From Cyanophora paradoxa CCMP329 (taxonomy: Eukaryota > Plantae > Glaucophyta): a stretch of DNA of 64,000 bases. The DNA lies in the NCBI GenBank assembly GCA_004431415.1, contig QPMI01000010.1:372001-436000 (forward strand), read 5' to 3'. A model generated the notes under the pieces. The model saw only the letters and a list, made by a program, of their open reading frames with translations, was not told where the DNA came from and searched no databases. Of this stretch, positions 24,978-38,265 are shown piece after piece. Every line of letters starts with the position of its first letter. Position 1 is the stretch's first letter. A program made the position numbers and the translations under genes.

Positions 24978-25809
24978 TGTTCTGCGAACTGTCGACGTCG
25001 CAATATCTATTGAAAGATCGACATCTGGACTGGAACGTACAGATCTAGAGCGGGAGGGGACCGGAGTGCGAGTGACCGGGCCTGGAGCTCGAGAAGGGAG
25101 AGCACTAGTACTAGTACTTCAAAATTCCGAATTTCTGAAGCTCCTCTATGAATTTCCCTCGAGCTCCCTCCGAATTACGAATTCCGAGTTCTGAAGCTCC
25201 TATATATAGCTAGGCCTAGACCTCTCCTCTTCGAATCACGATTCTCAAGCTTAGCTTTCGCGCATATCGCGATCGATATCGGCTCCCGCCTGCGCATGCG
25301 CCAGGCCCTGAGGCTGGCCATGGCGCCCGCCGGGCCGGCCCCCGCCAGGTATACGTATAATAGCCTCCACCTATGGCGCACCATGCATATGGCGCTTACC
25401 GACTCGGCGAGGGCCGCCGGGAGCTCATGCGCATGCGCGTGCACGTGCACGTGCACGTGCACGTGCTCCGGCTCGATCCGACACAGCGAGCTCGACTCGG
25501 CGAGCTCGAGGGCGCTATCATAGTATAGCTAGCGCTCACTGAGTCACCGGCGCGGGGCCGCGACCCTATAGCTAGTGTTAACGTTGATCATGACGAGCTG
25601 CGCGAAAAGCGCATGCATACCGCGGCGCAGGCGCGGCGCCGGCTACGGCCCTGACCGGCATGTGATTCTGACCGGCGCCGTGTTCCTCGAGCACAAGTCG
25701 AGGAGGCCGCGTCCGCCAGCGCCATCAACCTTTTTTTGACCTTGTAGAAGACATACCCCGGCCCGCGAGCCCGCCATCTCTTCCCGCGGCTCGGCCGTGC
25801 GGGCGAGCG

Positions 25810-28800
25810 ATGCCGTCGAATGCAACCACCGATGCAGCGCGGGGCGCGGCCGCGGCGCCGGAGATCAAGCCGATCGACAGCAGTTCGCGCCACCGGATCT
25901 GCAGCGGGCAGGTCATCCTCGACCTAGCTACCGCCGTCAAGGAGCTCGTCGAGAACGCCGCGGACGCCGGGGCGACGAGCATTGGTGCGCTGGGCCGTGC
26001 ACGAGCCGAGCGAGATGAAGGCTGACGCCGCTGTCGGCGCAGAGGTACGCCTGAAGGACTACGGCGCGGATCAGTTTGAGGTGGCGGACAACGGGAGCGG
26101 CGTGGACCCGGCGAACTACAAGAGCCTAGGTCCGCGCCCTGAATTCGAACGAGCGCGCAAGCTCGGGCGAACCGAGCGCCTGGCGCGCCGCAGCGCTGAA
26201 GCATTGGACGTCCAAGATACGGCGCTTCGAGGATCTGGAGAGCGTCGCGTCGTTCGGGTTCCGCGGGGAAGCGCTCAGCTCGCTCTGCGCCATGTCGACC
26301 CTCGTCGTCACGACGCGCACGGCGGGCCACGAGATCGGCGCCCGCATCGAGTTCGAGCAGAGCGGCAACGTCGCTAAGCAGTCTCCCGCCGCGCGCGAGG
26401 CGAGCCGCGCTCCCGCCCCTTCCCGCTCCCGCCGCGCTGCGCCTTCGAATTTGATCGCGCCCACCCGCGCAGGTCGGCACCACCGTGACGGTCTCGGGGA
26501 TCTTCAAGAACATGCCCGTCCGCGCGGAGAAGTTCAAAAAGGAGGCGCGCCCGCCGGCCGCGCGCTGTACCCGTCCCACGCGCGCTCCGCTGAGGCGCTA
26601 CCCCCCACCCTCAGATCAAGAAAGAGTACTCCCACATGCTCTCCGTCCTGCAGGGGTACGCCGTAGTGCTCTCGGGGGTACGGATCACGGTTTCGAACCA
26701 GCCCGGGAAGGGGTACGCCGGCGAGCGCCGCCCTCGCTGCGGGAAGCTCCAATCTAAATCCATCATCTCCCCGCAGAGCCCGCCAGGTCGTCCTCTCGTC
26801 TCCGGGGGGTACATTGCGCGAGAACGTCGCGAGCGTGTTCGGCAGCAAGCAGGTACCCCCCGAACCCCGTGCCCTGCCGCTCCGCGCGCCGGCCCCTGAA
26901 CCCGCCCCGCCCCGACTCCAGCTGGCGTGCATGGACGATTTCAACGCCGAGGACGGTGCGGGGCCCGACGGAGGCGCGGGCGAGCAGGCGGTACCCCTCA
27001 GGTGAGAGCCGCCTTCGCCCCGCGCGGCCTACGCCTCCGCCTCCGCCGGCCGCTCCGCCCCCGCCTCGACCAACAGCGTCCGCGCAGGATCGCTGGCCTC
27101 GTGTCAAAGGCAGCGCCAGGCAGCGGCCGCGGCAGCGGCGACCGCCAGGTGCCCTCTAACCCCGCCTGACCCCGGTACCGCCTGACCCCGGTACCCCCCA
27201 GTACCTCTTCCTGAACGGCCGGCCGGTGGAGGTCCCCAAGATCTCCAAGGCGATGAACGAAGTGTACAAGGTGCGGCGTACCCTCCCGCATCTCCGCAGT
27301 CGTACCCCCGGACTGAGGCGTACCCCCGTAGTCGTACAACTCGCAGCAGTACCCCGCGTTCTTCCTCGACATCCGCATGGACCGGGGTACGTTGGTTCCC
27401 GTCGCCCCGTTCTCTCCGCCCTCTCTAAGCGCGACTCCCAGGAGCTTACGACGTGAACGTCGTACCCGACAAGAGGAAAGTGATGTTCCACGATCTCGAT
27501 CGCATCCTCTCCATCCTGCGGGTACCCCCCGCCGATCTTGTACCCCCCCTCCCCGCTCAAAACTCGTCGTACCCCCCAGAGTGGGATGGCCTCGCTGTAC
27601 GATCCGAGCCGGGGGTACGACGTGAACGACGCGGCGCGGCCCGGCGGGGGTAGCCTCGTCTCTTCTTCTCGGGCGAGCGGCGCCGCTGGCGGCGCCGGCG
27701 GCGCCCACCTCCTCCGCCTCGAGGCGGGCCCGGCCTCCGCCGCCGACGGGGCCGCCCTCCTTTCCCCCCCCTCCTCCGCCCCCCGCCCCGCTGCCCTACC
27801 CCCCTCCGCGCCCCCCTCGTCCTCCTCCTCCCGCGCCGCGCGGTCCCCCCCCGAGGAGGCCTCCTCCTCCTCCCCCCGTACCCCCGCCGGCCCCGCGTCG
27901 GGCTCCACCCCCCGGACCACCGGACGGAGGGGTACCGGAGCGGTCGACCCCAAAGCGGGGGGCAACCCGTTCGCGGGAAAGGCGTTCGTGCCCAAGCACA
28001 TGCGGGCGGCGGCCGGATCGGGCAGCCAGACAGTGGACCTGACGGCGGACGAGGGCGAGGAAGAGGCGGGCGAGGCGGATGCGGAGGCGGAGGCGGCGGA
28101 TGCGAAGGGACCGGAGGGAAGCCCCCCGAAGGATGCGCGCGTCCGATGCGACTGGGACAGCGTCGCGGCCGGCGTCAGCCCGAAGCAGAGGGCGGCGGCT
28201 ACGGCGGCGGCGGAGGGGGAGGCGGAGGCGGAGGCGGAGGCGGCGGAGGGGGCGGAGGGGCGGCCGGCCCCGAAACGGAGGCGGAAGGCCGCATCGGGTC
28301 CGGCCGGGCCGCCCGTGCCCGGCCTGACCCCCGGGATCGCCGTCCGGGTACAGTGCGACTGGGCGGCCATGGCCGACGACGTACCCTGGGACCCCGAGGC
28401 CCCGGCCCCCGTCGCCGCCGCCGCAGCCGTACCCCCCGCCGGGCTCTTCTCCGGCGCGGAGGGGGACGAGGAGGGGGCCCCGCCCAGCCCCTCCGAAGGG
28501 CCCGGCCTGAAGGTACTCTCCGCGAAGTCTCGTACCCCTCCCCACCCCTAAGCCCCGTCCCTGCAGAGTTTCGCGGGGTACGAGGCGGAGGGGGCGGCGC
28601 GGCGCATGGAGCGGGTCATAGAGAAGGAGCACTTCGGCCAGATGCGCGTCATCGGACAGGCGCGCCCCGTACCCCCCCCCGGCGGTCGATTCCTTGCGTC
28701 CGCGGCGGCTTACCCCCCCCCCCCCCCCAGTTCAACGCGGGGTTCATCATCGCGCAGCTGGGTAGCGACCTCTTCATCATCGACCAGGCGGGCCCCGGCC

Positions 28801-29787
28801 GTACCCCCGTTTTCTTCTTTCCCCGCCCTCGTGACGCGGTACCCCCTTTTTAGCACGCGAGCGACGAGAAGTACCGATTCGAAACGCTGCGACGAACGAC
28901 GTCTCTGCACGTGCAGCCGTTGATAAGGTACTAATCTCCGCCCCCCCCCCCCCCCCCCCCCCATCCCTTCGCCCCCCTTTTCCCCCTTCCCCGAATCCTC
29001 TTTCGCCCTCTCCCCCTCCCCCCCTCCCCCCCCCCCCCCCCCTCGCCCCTGGAGGGGACTCACGCCAGGGGTACCGGCCAGGCCGCTGCCGGTTGAGATG
29101 ACGGCCGCTGAGGAGGTCATCGTCGCGGAGCACAGGGACGCCTTCGTCAAAAACGGGTACCCTGTTTCGATTTCTCTGCTTACGGGTACCCCAACCAATT
29201 CGAAAGCGGCCCCATCCAGGTTCGAACTCGAGTTCGACGAGGAGGCGCCCCCGGGCCGCCGCGTGCGGCTGAAGGCGCGGCCCCAGTCGAAGGACGTTAC
29301 CTTCGGCCCCGACGGTAAGTCAATCTTTATAATTAACGAATCATTATGAACTACAGTTCTTTTAGTTAGCGCAAACTTTCAGCTTATAATTTCAGCAGAC
29401 GTTCTTGAGATTGTGGCTGCGCTGAGGGAAGGAGTGGAGCCGGGGGCTGTACCCCGCCCCTCCCGCGTTCGCGCCATGCTCGCCTCCCGCGCCTGCCGAT
29501 CGTGCGTACCCCCTTTACCCTAAATCTTTTTGCTGTATCCTGACGCGCAGCCTTCTTTTTCTACTCTCTTCAGGGCCATCATGATCGGGGACCCGCTCGC
29601 CGTGCCCGAGATGACCCGGGTACCCCCCGCCCTCCCATTCATTCGCCCCCACGTACCCCTTAAGCTTCGAGCCCTCCCCCCCCAGGTGGTTCGGAACATG
29701 GGTACGATGGATCAGCCGTGGAACTGCCCGCACGGGCGCCCCACCATGCGGCACCTCGTGGACCTCTCTGCCCTGCCCCGTTTGTAG
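25810..29787 (+). CDS. PMS2: MutL-alpha endonuclease subunit PMS2 (yeast PMS1), multi-exon
   Basis: [59 protein letters not shown]|FNAGFII, DQ|[10 protein letters not shown] (DQHA-x2-E-x4-E), [20 protein letters not shown]. Confidence 0.97.
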
Positions 29788-30164
29788 CTCATTTGTGGCT
29801 GTAAACCAAGCTCAGAGAAAGCTCAGGAAGCTTAGAGAAAAGATGCACGTGTATGCTGCCATGTAGAACCTCGAGCTCTCTGCTCTGCCTCGTACGTGAT
29901 CATGACGGCCCCGCGGCCGGCCCCGCATGGGTGACCCAGGGCGGCTGTGCGTGCGCATGCGTGCGTGTGTTGTGCATGTGCATCGACCGTACGTATACCG
30001 TAGTACGATATATATATATATACACACACACGTGGGCGACCCAGATCTAGATCTAGAGCGGCTTTTGTTTATTCTCAGAAACGTTTTGTGTATACTATAT
30101 ATGATACGGGCATCGATATCGAGCGATATCGCGACCGTCGGACCGCGGCCGCGGGCGTAAGTAG

Positions 30165-30310
30165 CGTATATATCATATCCATAGTATATATACGTATACC
30201 GTATATCCATAGTATATATACGTATACGTATACGTATCCGCGGCTCCTGAAGTTCTACGTATATATCATATCCATAGTATATATACGTATACGTATACCG
30301 TACATGTACA
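30165..30310. repeat. Low-complexity TATACG / ATATCCATAGTATATATACG repeats
   Basis: Three copies of ATATCCATAGTATATATACGTATAC plus (TATACG)n. Confidence 0.8.
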
Positions 30311-30729
30311 GCTACTTATACCGGACCAAGCTCATGGTCAATTGCAATTGCAAGCCCTCGCGCAGCCGGATGTCACAGTGTTGTGCTTGTACGGTACGTT
30401 TACTGCGGCAGTAAAAAAGGATCATAGAATTATATACACATACTCACAAGTTCAAAAAAAACTCTACACAAAATTCAAGCTTAACTTAGTAAGACAGGTG
30501 CATATGGTGCAGCAAACATCGCTGCTGGAGAAAACTTGATCATGAAAGAAAAGGCCGACATCGATATCGACGCGTTGCGAGCATAACACAATACTTCCAT
30601 GCATATGCGATCCCTACACGGTAGTCTTGCGCAACTGCACTAGTACTATTACTGCAGCACGTGCACTATATATATACATGAGATTCCCATATATAATCGA
30701 TATATATAGTAGTAACTGCCCGACCGAGA

Positions 30730-30911
30730 TATACCCGCGCTTTAGCGCAGTGGTATAAGGTCGTGCTACGACCTCCCGGATTCCCGGGTTCGGTTCCTGC
30801 TGTTTCCGCTACGTTGTACTTCGAATCCCTGTGATTCCCGATACCGTGACTTGTATCCTCGTTGTGTACTACGAGTGGGCACGCCCACCGTAGATCTTTA
30901 AAAAAAAAAAA
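30730..30911 (+). mobile_element. tRNA-derived SINE with poly(A) tail and 13-bp target-site duplication
   Basis: A-box TAGCGCAGTGG at about 30743, B-box-like GGGTTCGGTTCC at about 30786, A12 tail at 30900-30911, TSD TGCCCGACCGAGA at 30717-30729 and 30912-30924. Confidence 0.88.
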
Positions 30912-31311
30912 TGCCCGACCGAGAACTTCGGAAATCACTGCTGATTTTATGACTACAGAGAAATCAACGTCAGCTGCAGGGTTTCAAGTTTATGACTACA
31001 AATCACTGCTGATTATATACTACTATACATAGATAGCTACGTAGGGTGCTATTGCAAAACTGCACTGCAGCATCACGATCGATATCGTAATAACTCCCCG
31101 ATCGAAAAATCAACGTGAGTGGATGTGACTGTCAAATGTGACTGCGTTGCGCGCGCCCCTTCCAGGAACATAAACACTGACTCTCGGTTAATTAACTACC
31201 GACCGTCGGACGTATACATATACCAAGCTAAGAGAAAGCTTTCGAAAGCTTAGAGAAAAAAATGTACAGATACCCTAGACGTCGACTGTACAATAAGTTC
31301 AAGGCCTAGGC

Positions 31312-32930
31312 CTAAAGGCCTAAAGCAGTGCTAGCACGGCGCGGGGAAGGCCGCATGAGCTTCGCGGGCCGCGGGCTGGTCTGAGGGTCCTTCTCGAATT
31401 CGCTCTTGCTACGTTCGAGGCTGAAATCCAAGTCGGTGTCGAGGGGGAGTGTGAGCGCGCCTGTGAGGCGCGGGGGGGACCCAGCACAGCATGGGCGCCG
31501 GCGCAGCTGCAATGGGTCGACGCCGCGCGTCACCTGAGCGTCGCGAGGCGCGCGGTGTCAACGTTGGCGTCCGCGCGCGGGGCGCCCAAAGAATGGGACG
31601 GGCGCACTGGGCGGCCGGCACGCGGCCGGGGGCTGTCCAAACGGAACCGGTCTTCGCTGGTTTCGAACTCGGGACCACAGTCCTGGAGGCACTCGAGCTC
31701 GTCCAGCTGGTATTTCCACGTTGACAATGTGAGCTCGAGAGTGCTTATACGTACAGCTGGCAATGGGAGAGCTCCGGGCACACCTCAAGCTCCTGCTGCT
31801 CGAATCGCGCGCGAAGGCTGTCGACATCGACGTCGACGCTGCACTCAACCTGACGGCGACGTCGACGGCGGAAACTTGAGAAATCGAGAACAATATTAAA
31901 AGTCACAATAATATAAGCGAATGCCCGTTAACGTTATCGACGCGGAAATTATTAAACACATGTACATGACGAAAATGGGGTGTGAGACGGACCGAGAATG
32001 ATCGCTTGTGCGCAGCGGAATAGGGTCGCAATCGAGGAAGTATTCCTCGCACAGGGACGGAGCCGGTCGATCGCACGTGCACGTACGTACGCGTATACAC
32101 AGCCATCGCTTCGACCGACGGAGGCTGCGCACGCATTTGGGTCCGACGGTCAATATCACGACGACGAATTCGGCAGCTGCATGACCATGCGCATGCCATG
32201 ACGAGTTCTAAGTTCTAACGGCCTAACGGCTGTTTCTTCCGAAGTTATGTATGATACAATTATAAATACATTCACGTTGGCCATGGCCATGGATATCGAA
32301 ACATTTATTTTCTATGCAGAATTCCGAAATGCGGCTGGTTATTATAACGTACGTATACGCGTATGCATGGCGCACCTTCGGTGACGGGGTTCTAACGCTG
32401 TCAGCTCCATCGATATCGATATCTGGTCGATGTCTTGGGCACGCGCACGCAGCGTTGCATGCGCAGTTCTCCTTGCACGAGTCGGAGCCCTCGGAGGACG
32501 GACTTTGCCCGTGCACATGCGCATGCACGTATATATGCATATGCGCGCTACTGCTGCTTGCGCATATGCATGCACTCGCTTTCTCCGGATCCGTGGGTCC
32601 AGCAGATGGCCATAAGCCTGCCGTGCGGTAATGGCAAGCTTAAGTGCTTGAGCGGTGCCACGGTGATCATGGGATGCCATGTAAGAATAAGAAGCAGGCA
32701 CTCACAACGCCTTGAGCTCTCCCGCCGCCGGTCGGAAGTCATGGGCGCTGTGATCGACGGACTGCAAGAGCGGAGTCCGCTGCGGGGCGGCCTGACGAAT
32801 TCGTCGTCTGACGGCCTTCTTCCTTGGCGATTCCGATCCGGATCCTCGAGCTCACCGAGTCGTTTCGTACGGATTGCAGGTTGACGCGACGTCGCGACGC
32901 CGGCCGCCGGCGCTGTCCATGTTGCCAATT
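31312..32930 (-). CDS. Possible small multi-exon hypothetical protein
   Basis: Protein-like pieces TLELTLSTWKYQLDELECLQDCGPEFE, LTLPLDTDLDFSLERSKSEFEKD, SLCEEYFLDCDPIP. No recognised domain. Confidence 0.3.
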
Positions 32931-33039
32931 GCAAGTTTTCGGACCCGGGAAGGGGCTCGGCCCGGCGCGCGCGCGGCGGCTCAGGCCGCTCAGCCCCAGG
33001 GCCCAGCCTGGCAGGCCGCTCAGAGTCAGCCTTGCTCAC

Positions 33040-35260
33040 TAAGTTAGTACTGAGTACTAGTACTCATCAGTGTACTACTCACTGAGTCGGGGACTCGGGG
33101 AGTCGGGGTACTACCGGTACCGGGTAGACTCCGTAGTACACTGTACACCGTACACGACTGTAGTCTCTGTTCATCAATTTTTTTGAACCGTTTGAATTAA
33201 CTTAGTAACCGTACCGGTTGGGGTCCATTTTGGGGCCGCCGGCGCGTCGCCGACTCGCCGTCCGCCGGGCGGCGCGCCGGCGCGGCGCCGCGCCGGGCCG
33301 CCGGCGCGGCGGCGCCGGCGCCGTCGGCCCCATGCCATGATGGCCTGGCAGCCGCGGCCCTCGGCTGAGCAGTGAGCACACTGTGACAGTGACTCAGCAC
33401 TGAGTCATGATCAGCAGAGTAGAGCTCCGACTCTCCGAGTGCTCAGCACTGAGTCAGCCTGGCAGCAGGGCTGCCAGGGCCTAGGCCTGACTCAGTGAAC
33501 AGGCCCGGCCCAGCGCCGGGCCAGCGGGCCCTGACTCAGTGAGCGGGGCCGGCGTGGCGCCGGCGCCCGCCGGCGGCGCCGGGCCGGGCCGCGCGCGGCC
33601 CGGCCGGCCCGCCCGGCGCCGGCGCCGGGCCGGCGGCCGCCGGCCGGCCCGGCGGCCGGGCGGCGGCGCGCCGGCGGCGGCGCCGCCGGCCGCCGCCGGC
33701 CCGCCGGCGGCGCTAGCGCTGGGGCCGGGCCGGCCCGGCCCGGCGCCGGCGGGCCGAGTTTCAAAGTTTACTTAGCTAAGTTAGCTTTACTAGTTAAAAC
33801 GTTACTAAGTTAACTCCATGACGAGTTTTTTTATGGAGTTTCTCGTCACTAATATAATAGTCTCGCCCGCAATAGTCTCTGAATTTTTAAACATTTTGGG
33901 GGCGCATGAAGCCGCACATTAATTTCAAGACCCTAAGATTCTGCTGTATCTACCCCCCAACCGCAGCCAAAAAGCTTCGAATTCAAAATGCATTAAACGC
34001 ATTAATTTATAAAATGGTAATATACAAAAAACCGATCGCGAATCATGATCACATGCGCATGCAAGCCGAAAGTGGAATTCGAAGAAAACGTTACCGAATC
34101 AAACATTAGCAAGTTCCGCAAGTTGCAATTGGTCGATATCTTCTTCAAGCAATTTGGAATCTTTTTGCACTCGAAAAACAAACCTTGCAACTGAAAGAGA
34201 AAAATAATGACTAACTTGCCAGTTAAAGTTTTAGAACAACTCACTCACTGACTATTTCTGAGTGAGTCTCAGCCTGTTTAACGGTTGGATAGGGGGGTCG
34301 TCCACTGGGCAAGTAACTTTTCTAAGTTATCGGTTGGATAGGGGATCGTCCACTGACGACGTCCAGACTGGTCCAGTCTAGTCTAACAGTACCGTAAAAC
34401 ACAATAATATGACGGTCAAATTTATGTCGTTATAAAACCGGACCCTTCTCTATGCGAAATAAGACGTCCCCAAATTATGTCGGCACAAACTTTTCAAGCT
34501 TGTATGGGGCCTATGGGCCGCCGGGCCGGTGAATTTGATGGGGTACCACTGCGCGTCACGCAGGGCGTGCCCTACTATGACGGCACCAAATTATGTCGTT
34601 ATTTCACATCCGAGGCGACATAATTTGGGGATGACATAGTAAAGTGCGTACCTTATTATTCTGTCCCGAATCGGCATCCGATGATCCTCGGGGTCGATTC
34701 GGCTCCCCCGGCCGGCCCGCGGCCCGCGGGCCCCCGCGGCCCCCGGCCCGGGGCGGCCGCGGGCCGCGGCAGCCTGGCAGCGCGGCGCGGCCGCTCGCCT
34801 CGACGAGCGTCCCCGGCGAGTCGCGGCGGCGACTCCCCGGCGAGTCCCCGCCGACGAGCTCGCAGCCTGGCACTGCGGCAGCTCGGCCGAGTCCCGGAGT
34901 CCGCCGAGTCGGCCCTGAGTCGGCGCCGACTCGGCGCCGACTCGCCGGCGTCGCCGCCGTACGCGTCGGCCGCGGCCGCGGCGGACCGGGTGGCCCGCCC
35001 GGGTCCCCGACGAGTCGACGTCGGCGTCCTATCGACTCGGCGACGTACGTCGGCGTCGACTCGGCGACGTCGGCGTCGACTCGGCGACGACTCGCCGTCG
35101 CCGAGTCGAGTCGCCGACGATATCGATCGCCCGGGCCCGGCGGGCCGTCGACTGGTGCCGACTCACTGCCGACTCAGTGCCGACTCTGCCGATCGCGAGT
35201 CGTGCGGAGTCGCGCCGACCCGGCCCGACCGTCGGACCGTCGGACGTCGACACTGACTCG
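33040..35260. other. Structured non-coding block: AT-rich core with iterated motifs between two GC-extreme palindromic arms (possible DNA-transposon relic)
   Basis: Core at about 33765-34670 carries CGGTTGGATAGGGG.TCGTCCACTG x2 and (CC)CAAATTATGTCG x4 (one inverted). The arms are built of GGCCGGCC/GGCGCGCC and GACTC/GTCGAC words. Confidence 0.45.
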
Positions 35261-35731
35261 ACAGCCTGATCATGACAGGCGCCAAATTCTCCGCCGGCGC
35301 CAGCTGCAGTTGATGAACTTCGGAAAACTTGAAAGCCCCAACGTGGTCCGTGCACGTGGCACGGTGGCACCCCGCTTTTTTCTCATTCGAGGCTCGAAAT
35401 TAAAAGAGCGCTTGAAGCAGAGCCACTGCCCATGCGGACTGCCCCACGACCACTGGCCGGGCCGGCCCAGGGCCCCGGGGGCCCTGGCCCCTGGCCCCTC
35501 AGATGAGTTCGAGTGAGAGGATCAGATTCAGATTCGCTGCTGAAGCCCTAATTAATGAAAATGCCACTGGGTGCCTGCCTATCTCTGGAACTGCGGGTTT
35601 CTAATGAAACGTCGCGGGTAGGGGGGAGGGAGGGGGGGGGGGAAGGGAGGGAGGGAGGCGGGGGAGGGAGGATGGGGGTAGGGGGGGGAGGGAGGGTCAG
35701 CGTGGCGACGTGCGAGTGCGGCGGCGGGGCG

Positions 35732-38112
35732 CTAAGCGAGCCGCCGCATGACGTGGCCGATGCGGGGCGGATCGAAGAGCGACGAGTACAGGGGGCTCCG
35801 GTGCTGCGGCGCGCTTGAGCGAGGGACCGAGGAAGGCCGCAATCCGAGAGCGAACGAAAAGAGAGGACGTACCCCAAGCGGGGGGCTCTCCCGCCGGCCT
35901 CGAAGCGCATCGGCCGGGCTCCTGGGGGTGGGGGGGGCGGAGCGGGCGGCTTGGACGGCGGTGGGGGTGGAGACGGGGCGGAGGGGTACGCGGGCGGCGA
36001 CGGGGGTAGACGGCTGCGACGAAGAGGCGGAGGCGGAAGAGGGCGGGGGAAGGACGAGGGGGGGTAGGGCCGCCTGCTCGGGGGGAGGCGGGGCGGGCCC
36101 CGCTGGGAACGAGCGCGGGGGGCGGAAGGTGGACGAGAGGCCCCCGGGGGGAGGAGCCAGCATCGACACCTGTGGGGGTACAGGCTCGGTGGCCGGAAAG
36201 GGGGGGAGGAGATCTTGCGGGGGTACCTTGACGGAAAACTCGGAGCGGGCGCGGGCGAGGAGGTCCTTCACGGGGGTACTGAAAAAGGGGTGCTCGGGGT
36301 CCGTGGCGCGGGCCCGAATCTCCCGCAGGCGGATCCGAACCCGCTCCCGGGCATCGCGGGCGCGCTGGGGACGGGTTCGGATCTCTGCGAGGGAGAAAGG
36401 ACGGGGGGGAGGCGCACCTGGGCCAGATGGACGAGCGAGGGCGGCGCGCCGTCCCTCATCCTCTGCCTCAGCTCCGCGAGCTGCTGGCCGGCGTCGGGGG
36501 TACGGCGATATTTTAGGGTGTTGGGGGGGGGAGGTACGGCACCAGCCGGGCGCGGGCGCGGGGCTCGGGCGCCGAGTCGACGGGCTCCTGAGGGCCGGCC
36601 TCGGGCAGCGGGAGCCGCGCCGGCGCCGGCGCGGGGGCGACGAGGGACGCTGCGCGGGACGTCGGCGCGAGGCGCGGCGGCTGCGGCTGCGGCGGAAACG
36701 GCGTACCCTCCACGGCGGACGCGTCCCGCAGGAGGGCTGCCAGGGTACGCGGGCGGATGGGGACGAACAGGGCGGCGTCGATGGGCGCCGGTTCGGCTCC
36801 GAAGAGGGCCCCGTCGGCGTCGACGGCCCCGAGCTGGCGGACGGCGCACAGCGTCCCTTCGTTCGCGCGGTACGCGGCCAGCGCGGCGCGGAGCTCGTCG
36901 AGGCGCATCCGCTCGAGCCCGTCCCGGAGCCCGCGGAGTGAGTCGGCCACGCGGCCCGCGATCTCCCGGAAGGCCTCGCGCCTGCGCCGGGATTCGAACC
37001 CGCGAGGACGCGAAGGCGCGCGGGAACGGCGTACGTACCCGGGGACCGGGTGGCGGCGGAGAATGTCGGCGGTCTCGATGGGGTCCCCGAAGAGGATCTG
37101 GACATCGTTCCCCGTGCCGAACATGCGCGCGCCGACCGGAAGCACGTCATCGATGCCCGTCATGAAGAACGGCAGCACGATCGGCGGCACGACCGGCGCC
37201 GTCACGAGGCGCCCGATGCCTGCGCGCGCGGGGCCCGCCGTCGGCGGAAGGAGGCGCGGGGTGCGCGCAGGAACATCGCACCGAGGCGGATTGGGCCCAT
37301 CTGCCCGTCGCGGGAACGCGTGCCCTCGGGAAAGACGTGCAGCCAGTCGCCGCGGTTCAGCTTGTCCAGCGCGACGCCCATGCCCTGCCGAAGCGCGATT
37401 CGGCGCGAGGGACCCGCGGAAGGACGCGCGAAAGCCGCCGCGCACCGCCTGATCGAGCCCCGCGCCGCGCTTCACTGGGAGGACCTTCGTGTACTTAAAA
37501 AACTCGGTCATGAAGCGGTTCTTGAAGCAGCGGTCCGTCGCGCAGAGCGTCCAGCTGCGGAATCGGGCTCGAACGAAGCGCGAAAGGCTTCGTAAGCATG
37601 GCAGTCTCGCGCACCGCACGGCTTTCGAGTCGATGATCGTCTGGAACGGGAGGAGGAGGCCCGGGACGAGCGGGTCGTCCAGCGCCGTGATGTGGTTGCT
37701 CACAGTGATGAGAGGCACGCCGGCGGGCCGGTTGTGGACCGCCTCCATGAACTTGTCGATCCCGTGCGTCTGCGACGCCCAAGAGGTAAGCGCGACGGCC
37801 CTCGCTGGAACGTTGCGGCGGGCGCTCGGACGCGCCTCCGTGTTATTGAAGACCGACATGACAGTCTTGCACGCGGCCCCGACGACGCCTATGAGCAGCG
37901 GCCGCATGAGGCGGTCGAAGGCAGTGTGGAGCTCGCTCCCCTCGTCGCGGAGCAGGTGCTCGTAGACGAGAGGCTTCTCGGGCTCCGCTGTACGAACTAG
38001 AAATCAGCGGAAGTACCGGGAGACGAGAGAGTGGCGACCGCGTCATCAATGGCGAACCCGGAACCGGCGCAGCCGCGGCTGCGGGAGGCTGAGAAGGGGC
38101 ATCCGTCGCCAT
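35732..38112 (-). CDS. TAZ: Tafazzin-family phospholipid acyltransferase with long Pro/Ala-rich C-terminal extension (3' end approximate)
   Basis: PLITVSNHITALDDP (HX4D), WTLCATDRCFKN, VLPVKRGAGLDQ, LNRGDWLHVFPEGTRS, GIGRLV, VLPFFMTGIDDVLP. ATG at 38112 joins via a 61-nt intron. Confidence 0.9.
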
Positions 38113-38265
38113 GCTTGCTGTTATTCTGGGCGCCTCCCGGGCGCCCAAGCTCGTGGATTCACGCCCGACCGATTCCTTGCAAGCAACCGTACCCCCCCCG
38201 AGAGGCTTCGCGCAGTCGGCGGCGGCGTCAGCGGCGTCGACGTGGGCGGCGGCGCGGCCTGAAAG
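38113..38265. promoter_or_regulatory. Putative bidirectional promoter (153 bp between divergent ATGs)
   Basis: Tafazzin ATG (minus, 38112) and FAN1 ATG (plus, 38266) are head-to-head. Confidence 0.55.

Noticed and set aside
30737-30810. Possible functional tRNA gene
   Set aside because: No proper acceptor stem or 7-nt anticodon loop. The poly(A) tail and TSD indicate a SINE.
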